Both the position numbers and the translations under genes were made by a program. From the NCBI GenBank assembly GCA_030704615.1, contig CM060734.1:62682001-62746000 (forward strand): a stretch of DNA of 64,000 nt, given 5' to 3'. The notes below the pieces were generated by a model. It saw only the letters and a program-made list of their open reading frames with translations. It was not told the origin of the DNA and did no database searches. Each line of letters starts with the position of its first letter. The first letter of the stretch is position 1. Shown here piece by piece: positions 22,153-34,000 of the stretch. This DNA is from Takakia lepidozioides. Its lineage: Eukaryota; Plantae; Bryophyta.

Positions 22153-25100
22153 TCATCGGTTAGATGCAATCCGATAACACAGAGAGAGATCCTCTGGCCT
22201 CTTCCAAACATAAGCCCGCACTGTTGCCAAACTCATATTTGGAGGCAATACCTGGCCCATCCATGCACAGGAAATACACCTCACATCAGAACAGTAATCC
22301 TCATCTCATCCCAGACCCCGGATAGTGCGAGTGACATTCTTACGAGGGGTTCCTGCAGTGAAAGCCTGTGGTTGTCACAGTCTACAAGAAACTTCTACAT
22401 CTGACCAGATGCAGGATGTCAGTTATTTAACTCTGTAAGGTGAAAGTGGAGGGGAACAGTTATCAACACCGCAACTTCAGGCTCTGAGACACTCAATGAT
22501 CTGAAGAACACTAGTGATGTAGCCAGTGTCATGACCATGCTCGTTACCAGAAGGAATATCCCAGACATTTGTGTCCCGAAGGACTCTAAGCATCTTTCCT
22601 ATCCTGTTTAAACCAGATGATTAGAATTGGAAAGCAGGTTAACGGCTGTGAACCAGCTGTATACAAAAACCGTCGTTTTGGTCTAGATTGTATGAATGAA
22701 AAAGGTGTTGTCAACATACCTGGTTATTGCACACAATTTCAACCACAGGTTTGATTGGCTGTTGCCAGACCCTTGAGCCAGGCCTAAATGCCCCATAACC
22801 ATTGCTAGCTGTTTGATTGCCTGATGTTGATGTCCCATCAGACACATTCTCGTCCAAGGGCCTATCAAGCACTAACTTCTCTAGCACATAGTTCACAACC
22901 TGCATCCAAAATGGTACCATCATAAGTTAAGCTCAATACAAAAGACAAGATACCAGCACACAGTTGACTACGCACATAAGTCAAATCACTCATGATTAGG
23001 AATAGCTCTGGAACTAGGTCAGCCACTAGCATTGGAAGGTCTTGTTTACACCTCTCGACAATGACATCTAATGAACCAGGCCTGCTGCTTGAAAATCCAT
23101 CTGAGGGTAACAAAGACAGCTGGTAATTGCCAGCACAAGTAAGGATTGATAATGGTTCTACATGGGAGTAAAGAGGCCATACCTTATGTATTCTCAAAAT
23201 TCGGGGCGCACTCAACTTGCCCTGTGTGAGGACCTGTAGGGATGTGCCGTCGCAAGGATGTAAATAGAAGCTACACCTGCACGACCATTCACCAATACAC
23301 AGCCCTTAGTCAAGAGTGCACAATCTTTACTTGGCACAAGAAACTCCACGAGGATTCACAAAAAGGAGCTTTGCCCAACAGTGTGACCAGAGTTGACAAC
23401 AAAAATGAAATTGCCGTGTTTCATTTGTTGGGCATAGCTAGTCTCCCATGCAGAAGCCCAAAATGCATCAAGCGAGTCAGAACCCAGAAGCACCAATGCA
23501 AGGCACAAGGGGTCACATGGTAGTTACAGCAGGTGGTATTGAAGCCATCAATCAAACACCAGGGCAAGCTTTAAGAATGCAACACAGAAACCCTGACAGA
23601 AAGTACTTGGCATGCTCGCGTGGAGGCAGACGGCTATGCAGTACACACTCAATACACCACCAGGGAAGTTCTTTTTCATCCTCATTGCCATCCAACTCCG
23701 TTGCTTTCCTCCGCCATGGCCCTCCCTGCCAACCAGGAGTTGTTGCACATGTATAATTAGTGATGATTCCACATTAAACTACGAAAACTCGACACTAGAC
23801 TGCAAGAAAAGCCACCCCAATCATATTGTCCTAGCAAATCCAATGTACCTGTGAACCTTCGGTGATGATGGAGGGGGACGCTGACGTCGAAAACTCAAAG
23901 GCAGGAAGTACACCAGAGGGGTGATTGTTGGCATCATCATGTGAGTTGTTGATGACCACCCGGCGATCCGAACCATAATCTCCAACACCAGACTCAGGAC
24001 CTGATCCTGAGTCCCCATTCACATTTGGTGTGGTGACTAACATATGTCTCCGTTGGGTCAGCCAATGTGCCATAAGACCTCGCAATGTTTCCTGCCCAAG
24101 ATTCAACTGCAGGAGCAGAGGGTTACCTATGAGATTACATTTCGACGATCTTCTAATCAATCATCCACGTAAGAAGCATGAACCTCCAGTAGTATTTAGC
24201 TTGCAGCAACTTCATTTCTCAGCTGAAAACACATGTGCCAGTCCCACAAACATTACCTTGAGCTCCTCGGATGCGCCAGGCACATGCAAATCAACTGCAT
24301 ACATTTCCGCAGAGAAACACTGGGGTGTATCCAGGTGCACGGAGATGCTCCCCAACCTCGTATCCATGGTGAACCAAGCTGGCACACTTACCTGCTCCCC
24401 AGTCGCCCCCATCAAATATTGTTCATTCAGAAACAACAGAAAGATGCGACAGATATGACAAAAAGATTCCCCTATCATTATAATCATACACCAAATATAC
24501 AAACTCATGTATTCAATCTGACGGACCAGCAAAGGCCACTTCAGATTCACGGGCAACAAAGCGTGCTCATTGCCACCTTCCACTTCTACTTCAGCTGATA
24601 CACGGAAATACGGTAGGTACTGGAAGTTTCACAATCAGGTGGCGTGTTGAGGGACCCCCCTTCTCAAGGACATGCACCACATGCAGCACCACTACCATCT
24701 TGCTGCTTGTCAAGCATCAACTGCAAGCCATGCTACATGGCCCTGCAGAGATACACAACCTCCAGCCAGGGAGTATTGTCTCAAATTTATTACAGCAATC
24801 CAACATCTACCTGGCAGTTGAAGTTGATGCCGAAACATGTCAGTATAACTGCAACCTCAATAGCACCTGGCTTTCTAAATTGGCGGAGAAGAGAGCCATC
24901 ATTGACTCTTAAGCAATGAGTCCATCCCAAATGCTCTCGGTGTCAAGATAGTAAGGACAGCCCAAGGTTATTTGTATTCATTGACAACCTCCATCCACAT
25001 CTCTATTCTGCCATCCTTTGTCTCAACCAACGGCCAAAAAAACCCAAAATGGAGTCACAGCTATGTTTACTAACCATCTCAAACAGCTCCTTCTCCTTTT

Positions 25101-28100
25101 CTTCAAATGACACCTACAACAGACAACAACACAGCACCTCAGCCTCCCAGTTATGTTATTGCTGCCCTTTACTGCATCTTCCCTTTAACCCGTGCCATTG
25201 ACAGTGTTGTAGGGCTACCTTCCCATGTTGGGTCTCACTTCATGGTATATGCATTAGAACGATGATATTTCAGCCTATCAACCAACCTGTTTGGCAAAAA
25301 CAAGTAGGAAAAACTCGTACCATGAAGATGAAGATAAAATTGAGGAGATAGGACTGTACCTTTCCGAAGTCATTAATCACCGTCCCCTTAGTAATCTCCC
25401 ACAGCTTCACATTGCCTGTTGCATCCTACAAGAACAATACGTCCACCAGTGTGTTTGCATCGTATTCGCTATAGATACCACTGCTCTACCCACATACTTC
25501 TAAACCTCAGTTGAAGTGATAGATGCCATCTCACACCTACAACCGCATAGGAATGCTCATTGCCTCCTGAACCAAATTTGCTGACAGGAAAGTATGCCAA
25601 CAGGCAACAACTTCCAAACTGCAGACACATTAATAGCCCAGTTTAATCAACAAGATTCTGGGACCCATCCTGTGGCAGGACGATTATTCCAAAGCCTGCA
25701 TTTACCTCAGATAGTGGACAAATCCCCGCAGTTTCTATAAATAAGGGAGAAACCCAGACAATCGCATAGATGGCACTAGTGCCTCCATTGTGCAGCTCTT
25801 CCTGGTGCCTAGCTCTAACGAAAAGCTCCCAAACTGGGTGAGTGAAATTTTGCTGGACATGAAAATGGTTCTTCAAAACGTATTGGCAAGGAAATCATTA
25901 AACCCAGACCTTTCAAAGTCAAGGAGGCAAACCTTGGTAAGAACATGACGCCTATCATTTAGAATAGTGTGCCGCACAATGCCTGCTGTTCCTGGAATAA
26001 CTGAAGCAGGCTTGGTATACAATGGAACCTGACCACCCATCCCATGCAATACATCGTTGACTTTGGGAGAAATTTATCTAGAAGATCCACTGCCAAATGC
26101 AGCCCAAGACCATTCCAAAGAGGGAACCACATACTTCTAATCACAGTTATCACCAAGTCTCTTGATATGTTACCAGTGGGAGATGTCAGCCACGCAGATA
26201 TTCAACCAACTGGGAGGGCGGGCATTTACTCCATCTTCATTCGGTTGTTCAGTGCCAAGACTAAAGGCCAATGCCAGACAGAGAGATAAAGCTGAACATG
26301 CTGAAGAATGTAAACTGACAACATTAAGAACAGCACACGTACAGGAGCAGAGCCATCCAAGCATGCACGAGCACGCGCAAATGGTAAGGAGCCAGCCACA
26401 AATGAGCTAGTGGTTTGAAAAATCTTCAGAGAAGTCCGCTCACAGGCTGGCCATTTATTGAGAAATGAATCAGTGGTGGCCACCCACAGCCATTCATCTC
26501 CCTGCAATGCCAATTGCTGCACTGGCTGCTGCTCCATACACATCAGAGTACTCTCCCGTGTTGCCAGGTCCGTGAAATATACCTTCAGTATGCCCAAACT
26601 CCCACCATAAGAATATAGAACAACTTCTAGTTTACATGACCCAGGATAGTTGACAATTATCAAACGCCAATGTGATTATATTTAGAAGGAAACAGCAAAA
26701 AGAGAGAAAGGAACTGACAAACATACAAAAAACAAAACATACATGACAGGCAAAGAAGCTTACAGAAAGATCCCGGCCTCCACTGTAGACATGGCTAAAG
26801 GAAGGAGTGCTAGCCAAGGCCCACACCGAGTCAGTATGCACTGCATATGAATGTACACAGCGCTGCTGCCCCAGATCCCAGAGCCTGCCAAGTCTCCAGC
26901 AGGCATCATTCAAATGATATACATCTAACTTGATGAGAGAATATCTCGACAAAGGCAGTAGTGATATGGCAGTAGTGCTTAGGGTACTCTACACAGGTAG
27001 CATGGTTGTGTGTGTCAAATAAGTTTTCATCACAAAAATATACTTGAGACTATACTTCATTAACCTTGACAACCCTTCAGACTATTTAGAGTACATCCTT
27101 TGTGATGACACCTCACCTGATAAGAAGTAAACAAGGAAAACACAGTTTCAAACCTATAGGACCAGGGGACAAGGCCTGCATACCGAAGCATGGAGTCCGA
27201 TGATCCTGACAAACACAACCTGCAGCCAGCCCCACAACATCCAATCTCCCCACATTATAAACACTGAAAGTGGACTGCCATTAGCCATGAAGAGACAACT
27301 CACAAAAATTTTGCAACCTTGTTCTAAACATATTGCTGGCTTCCAGCTCTGCTACTGACAAAGCTAGCAATTGCTGGGTGAGCCTGGCCGAACCACCAGA
27401 GGCACAAGAGTATTGAGTCCAAAAGCCCAAACCTTCCCTCGGATGTATTTTACCAAACAAATGGGTAATGACTCCAGGAAAAATACTCTCAAGCCAGTCA
27501 GAATGCTACTTACAAGTCTGACATATCAAATTCATGGGATGTTGGAATGTATAAGGCTGAGGTTTCAATACCCAAGCAAGCATTGAAGAGCTAACATGAT
27601 CAACAACACAATTACAAAACATCCATTTAGATACATCTGAAACAACAGACTTCTAACTAAGATCATGTCATTAAATTCAAAAGCTGCCCTCCAATAGGAC
27701 ATCCCTGTCATGCTTCTAGATTCATTGGATAACCCCTGTCCAGTCCTTGATGGTCATTCAAAATACCAACAAATAGACGAGTAACTTGCAATGAACAAGA
27801 GCAAGCAACAAGGAGACGTATGGATCACAACACCTGCCCGAGGGATCCAAAAGAAGTGCTCGCACATTGTCAGTGTGACCTTTAAGTTTCAATTGCTTTG
27901 CTCCACTTCTTGGATCCCACACTCGTACAGCCTGCACCAAAGTCGCAAGCAACAGCAACAGGCTATGAAATATAATTGTATTTCCCATAAATGCCGCATT
28001 CAAACACAGCTATGGGTGCATCTCCATGTAATTTGCCAACAGCAAAGAATTCATGCCAAACTTGGCAATCGTGACCTCTATATTGGGAGCTACCAAGCAA

Positions 28101-31042
28101 AATGTTGAATCCTAGGGGTTCCCAGAGGCACATGATCTTGGAAAACAGAACATTCCTGTCAGACCACCTGCAAGTCTGAACTGGGCTAGTCCCTTACCTA
28201 AGCAACAATTGAAGAAACCCTGCCATTTGGATTGGGCCGACAAGAAAAATGTCACCCTAGTCTTCTATCACAGTGCAATAAGGGCCTCCCAAAACAAAGT
28301 GTGCAAACAACACTAACCTTTTCAGTTCCCCCTGATACAAGTATTGTGCCTCCATCGTTCATAGCAAGAGCATAGACAGAGTCTTTGTGGCCCTTGGCTG
28401 GGACTGGCGCATAGCCGTGAAGCAGGGTGGACCCTGGAGAGACAGTCACATTGCTATTTGCTGTGCCCAACCGATCAATCCCTACAACACCTGAAGAGTA
28501 CCCAACATCATACCCGCCCTCATCACTGACGTCATTGGGAGCCCTTGCAACTGGCACCATGGCTGTCTCCAGGTCCCATATGAAAACCTCACAACCAAGG
28601 CCACCAGAAGCCACGAGGTTGCTCTGCGGCACACAATCATTTATATTAGACCAGCCCACAATGACAGAAAGCTCAGCAAGTAGTACTAAATGAATCTACA
28701 CATGTCCAACTTTCAATTCAGAAACCCATTTCATGAACTAAAAAGAGATGTCAAAGCATGGCATGGCTGGCACATCCTCAGGTCCAAAAAACTGAAAAGC
28801 CCTTAAAGTAGCATTCCTACGGTGATTTTCAATGATATGCATTCACCCTCTGAAGGCCAATGCTCTAGTCTCACAACTATTCTGAACAAGATACATTTCA
28901 GAAGTACATTTCCAGCATACCCAAGGAGAAGTACCCCTCGCGATCATTGAAAGGAAACTACACAAACATATGCCGAGTGGGATATTTGCACTAGGAAACT
29001 TATGCTCGCAATTGGAGAGTAGCCCTCATGGGAGTTGTAGTCATGGTTCCACCAACATCCTACTTGACACTCTTTCAGTACTCGACTAGAATCAAAATTA
29101 TGAAGTGTGATGTCCCCTGTGAACTTCCTATGTGAAAGATTTTTGCTGATGAACCGTGGTGAGGGTCAACACCAAAATACTGGGGAAAGATAGCTTTGTA
29201 TATTCTTGAAATCCAATTGGAGAGGTAACCAAGGATATGATGGGAATGCCATCCAGCTGTAGTTAGTGGAAATGTGGCAGATCCACCCTAATCCACAATC
29301 AGGGTGTCAGAAACCTCACATGGCGTGCAGCTGCAAGTGACGTAACATAATCTGAATGCTGCCGGAAGGTTCGAGTGCACTCCCCATGGGAAAATGCCCT
29401 CCACGTCTGCAGATGCAAATCCCACCCCACGCACAGCCAACAGGGAACCATTTAGCACATAGACTTCCTGCAGGTGTCTTTGCCTTCTGCTAACTACATT
29501 TTGTAAATTAAGGATCACACTCTCACTCCCCTTCAAGTGTCCCCAAAACGTGGAACTCATGTTTAGAGCTATCTGCTCCCACAACAGATGCAGCTGGCGA
29601 ATGTGATAGCATAGTCACCGGCCTAGTTCTCCCATCTCATGCAGCGCTGAGGTTTTAAGTCCTGCCTCACCATCAGGATGAAGCAAGAAAATTGCTTCAG
29701 CCACAACTGAACTAGAGTACCAGGACAGACTTTTGCTAGGCTATAGCATAGCATTCCAATCATGGTACAACTGAAAATATATAGCCTGGTGACGATTCCT
29801 CAGAACATGGCTCCATAGATACTACCCTACTCTTCAGGCACTTGTTGCATGGAAGAGATAGTTTCATACGCATTGCAGCTAGAATGAGTAGCACTCAATG
29901 CCTGCAGAAAGTACCTCCCAGACACTTGCACAGTCACTTGCCTAGGATGCAAAATCCAGTTTTCCGGCGAGAAACCCTAAAAGGCATTTACCTACAGAAA
30001 TTTACCTTGAGTGTAGTATCTGAGGAGCAAGACACCAGCGTATTATCGCCAGTCACTACCACATCATTCACCTATGCAAAGAGTGGTTGAGGATCTTAGT
30101 TAGGCAAGCAAACGTAAAAGCAGTATGGAGTATGGACTTGCATATAGTCTTTGGGTTACCAGCTCAATTTCATATCACCAATGCTAACAGATGGGTCCTT
30201 ACAACAGGTTCACTTCTTTGCCCAAACAATGTACGACCATTTGCAGGTCCAAATTACAAGGTAAACAATGGAGAGCTGCACTAAGTATACAAACCCAGTC
30301 AACATGTGATTCAAATGTGGCACCACAAACTGCAGAATCGTCACCCAGCTCCCATCTCTTCAAAGTTCCATCGCGGCTGCCAGTAAACAGATGATCACTG
30401 CCATTGCCGAGCAGCAAGCCACTGGGCGCAGTCACACAGTTTATTCCTGAACAGTGCTGCACCAGCACATGTCCACCTGTGTCAGTGTCACTGGATTTTC
30501 ATTATCATTTGACCGTGTTGAGCGACCAACTCTGGAAGTACAACCTGGACACTGAGTGACCCGAATTACCTTATAATACACCATTTCCGATTTCTAGAAC
30601 AGGGCCTATTCAGGCAAGGCACGGTCAATGGCCATAAACTTAACCCTGGATGTAGATGGACAGTCCCTCAGAGATTTTGACAGTAAGAGCTCAGATGGGA
30701 CGTTCCCTGTGGGTGCAAACTCAACGAAACAAGCTGTACATGCATTGCACAGTATATTTCCATACTACGGAGACCTGAGACTTAAGCAAATAATCTCATC
30801 GGACTCTTCATAACTCTGACAGTAAGTTGCAACGACGGAACTTTAAAACGTGCCTCTTCAGCATCTCCCTCAGCCCAACAACGGCAATCCCATACAGATT
30901 GGACGCTGTATACAGCTGCAAGGGGCAATATCAATCTGCTCACCTTGAAGTCATTGGAATCTCGCAGAACGTAAGTGATTCGGCGCTCTTTGCGAGGACG
31001 AGTGGAGTTGGCGGTGTTTCCTGTGCTAGCCACCCGATGCAT
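22153..31042 (-). CDS. WDR48: WD repeat-containing protein 48 / UAF1 (LRS1-like): WD40 propeller plus C-terminal ancillary/SUMO-like domains, multi-exon
   Basis: Exon peptides: [26 protein letters not shown]; HCSGIN...[13 protein letters not shown]...TFESHVDWV; [14 protein letters not shown]; [26 protein letters not shown]; [26 protein letters not shown]; [22 protein letters not shown]; [35 protein letters not shown]; [16 protein letters not shown]; [12 protein letters not shown]; VEIVCNNQ; last exon [32 protein letters not shown] (TGA at 22155-22153). Confidence 0.95.
29596..29673 (+). mobile_element. Degenerate tRNA-like/SINE head in a WDR48 intron
   Basis: A-box-like TAGCATAGT, B-box-like GGTTTTAAGTCC, ends CACCA. 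The cloverleaf is not intact. Confidence 0.3.
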
Positions 31043-32775
31043 GCCGACCCCGCGCTACTATCCTTCATCACCTCTTTGCGCTAGGGCATGAGATTCACTA
31101 TCGAGCCTTCTGCACACAAACCGTATCTCCTTCCATCCCATAGCCGGGTGCACGCATCTGCATCTCGATGTAATCCTTAAATGGGAAAAACCCAGGGAAT
31201 TGCGGGGTCTTGCAATCGACAGATTACTTCACCCCAATCGGAAACCAGCTAAGAGAGGTCCCTGCATGAGTTTCCAACAACGATGGCAGAGGCGATGGTA
31301 GGAGGAATGCAGTGTTGGATTGATCCACCTGGTAAAATTTTCCAGACAACGCATATACCTCAGGGTAGCTCAAGTCAATGGAGGCATAGAGAACGGGCAA
31401 TGCACAGACGAACACACACAAGGCCGGCTGTGGTGGAAGGACCCAACCGTTCTACTTTTTGAGAGAACACGCCAAGCATCAGCAGAGGCAAGTCTCAAAA
31501 GCTGTGCAGTGAGTTGGGAATCTGAACATGGGTGAGAGAAAGAGGTGGAGCAAGACATGCAGGATTAGTGGTGCAGCAAGCAAGCACCCAATGCAGAGCC
31601 ACCTTCATTCAAGTTTCAGCCTGCACACCCTAGGTAGCTAGTAGCATCTTCTTATATCCTTCACTCCGATCCCTGTCTATCTATTTTCTATTTAAGCACG
31701 GGACTGTGGCCCCAATGGCCTCCCCTGTTTCGTAACAAAAACAGAAAAACAGGAGGGATTGTAATGATGGGTTGTCCTTGAGAGGGTCTGTCCCAAAGCA
31801 AGTCTACTTACTGGCTACTTGTGCTTCTTATAAGTAACCCTCACCCCCTCTGCAGCATTCCACCCCTCTAATAACATGGCAGCAACCTGCCCTTTTTGCA
31901 ATTGCATGCTTAGTCTTCATGTTCAGAGATTAGAGCAAGCTGCATTCATTTGTTTTGTCTTCCGGCCCACTGTCATGTATATTATAGGACCTTTGCGACC
32001 TTATTTTTTCCTACGGTTCATGCACTATAGGTCCGTTAGGCATTTCAATCTTTAGTATTTGGCCTTGGTGCCTTGCGGCAAGGGAAAAAAAACCCACAAA
32101 CAAGAGAAAGGGGAAAAAAGAATTGATAGTTTATGCTTCACCCTATCCATGCTACATACCCCATACAAGACAGTCCTAAGTAGCTTGTTGGGAATGAATG
32201 TCTCACTGTGGCCTTCTCCCCAGCATGAATTTATGATTTACTTAGACTATGGGGTAAATTGAATGCTGAGTGGGAGGGTGTGGCTTCCAAAATGAGAATT
32301 ATTAAAAAAATAAAATTGTTAATCTACTTGGAAAGAGCTTCTTTTGCCCTCCACTAAATTGCACGGTCAAAAATTCTATACTTTCTTTTTTCATGGATCT
32401 GAATTTGCCAAAAGTTATTGAGCTGTTTTGCGGGCGGAGGAGGGAAGCAATAAGAATAATGTAAGAACTTAATGCACCCGATGTGACCCTAGTTGTACCA
32501 GTCTCCTCCAGCAGGGGCCCCTGTCAAATCCTCCCCACCCCCTCCTACCCCGGACTCCCGATTAAATACTTTAGACCGGAGGAGGTTACCCAACAGTGGT
32601 GAGTAGGCTACTAATAATAAGGTGATGGCAGTGTAGGTGGGGAAGGTTTAAATCTTGATGGGTGTCTAGTATATCCTTGGGTTGGTGTAACCCCTTGGTA
32701 GTTTCAGCCTGTGTCTTGTGTAACTCCTCTTAGTCCATTTTGTACCCAACCAAATTTGCACTTAGTCCAACTCGA

Positions 32776-32970
32776 GAGTTCACATAGTGGTGTGACACTC
32801 CCTTCCGTGTAACCCCACATAACCGCAAGTGGGCACTTAGTCAAATCTTGAGACCAAGCGTGAGTTCACAGAGTGGTGTTACACTCCCTTCCGTGTAACC
32901 CCACATAACCGCAAGTGGGCACTTAGTCAAATCTTGAGACCAAGCGTGAGTTCACAAAGTCGAGTTACAC
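32776..32970. repeat. 86-bp tandem repeat (2 full units plus a third interrupted by a MITE)
   Basis: GAGTTCAC at 32776, 32862 and 32948; units near-identical (CACTCCCTTCCGTGTAACCCCACATAACCGCAAGTGGGCACTTAGTCAAATCTTGAGACCAAGCGT). Confidence 0.95.
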
Positions 32971-32972
32971 TA

Positions 32973-33415
32973 CCGTAGTGGGATAGCCGGTTAGGCAGAA
33001 ATTAATTCAAAAAAAAAGTGCCTAATGAAAATAAATTATTTTTGACAAGAGTGCCTAATTTAAAAAACTTATCTTCAAAGAGTGCCTAATTTTTTTTTAA
33101 ATCTCTAAAAGTACCTAATATGAAAACTAGAATTTAGGAAAAAAAAATCTAAAAATCATGTCCATTCTAAATGATATTCATTTAAGACGTCATTCATGGA
33201 CTCAGTTTTCAATTTCCATCCATGGCAGCGACTGTATTTTTATATTTTTGTGTTTTCATTTTGTGATCATTATTTTTAGTTGCCTAATTTGGGAAAAAAA
33301 ATTACACATTCAAGATGCCTAATTTAAAAGTTTTTTGCAAAAGTGCCTAACTGCCAAATGGCCCCAAAAATAATTATTAGGCAGGCAAGTGCCTAACCGG
33401 CTATCCCACTTACGG
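32973..33415. mobile_element. MITE, Tc1/mariner-type (TA TSD), 443 bp
   Basis: TIRs CCGT(A)AGTGGGATAGCCGGTTAGGCA / TGCCTAACCGGCTATCCCACTTACGG. TA at 32971-32972 and 33416-33417. AT-rich interior with about 8 (G)TGCCTAA motifs. Removing it restores the repeat unit GTTACAC-TA-CCTTCC.TGTAACCCC. Confidence 0.9.
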
Positions 33416-33657
33416 TACCTTCCATGTAACCCCATATAACCCCCAGTGGAGTTACTCCCCACTGTGTAACCCAGTGTAGCCCCTAGTGAAGTGACACTCC
33501 GCGCCATGTAACCCCGAGTGGAGTTTTTAGGCGGAAGGGGGTCCTTGCTTTTGCAGTGTTGCAAGAGATTAACTTGGGGTTAACTGAGGCCCGCAGAGAC
33601 GAACAGAAGAGCACGGGACGGACGGAGGCCTTCCATTATTCGTCGACTGCGGACATG

Positions 33658-33665
33658 AAACCCTA
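33658..33665 (+). promoter_or_regulatory. Telo-box (AAACCCTA) upstream of the F-box/SNF2 gene
   Basis: Exact AAACCCTA ~340 bp before the ATG at 34001. Short motif that could occur by chance. Confidence 0.35.
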
Positions 33666-34000
33666 GTAAGGCAAGTGAAGCGAGGTTTAGGGCTTGCGTG
33701 CTCTCTCTTCACACTTGCAAGACAGCGCGATCTGCAGACTGGTGAGGCCTCACCTTGCCATCATGCCTCCATTTACTGCGCGCTTGTAGTTTTACTCACC
33801 ACCACCACTCACCTTGCTCCTGGACCGTGCATCAACAAGTAGAATGTTATGAAACGCGAGTCCGTTGACCGAATTTGCAAAGTACGTGGGTCATTGATAT
33901 CGCTCACGCAGAATTGTAGGGTGCAATTACAAACTGCAACCAGACGAGGGCGTGCTGGCTTGTAGTGGGCCAAAGCGGTTACCTTGGGCATGCATAGGAG

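Noticed and set aside
32776-32970. CRISPR-like array
   Set aside because: The units are full-length tandem copies with no unique spacers, no cas genes, and a eukaryotic context.
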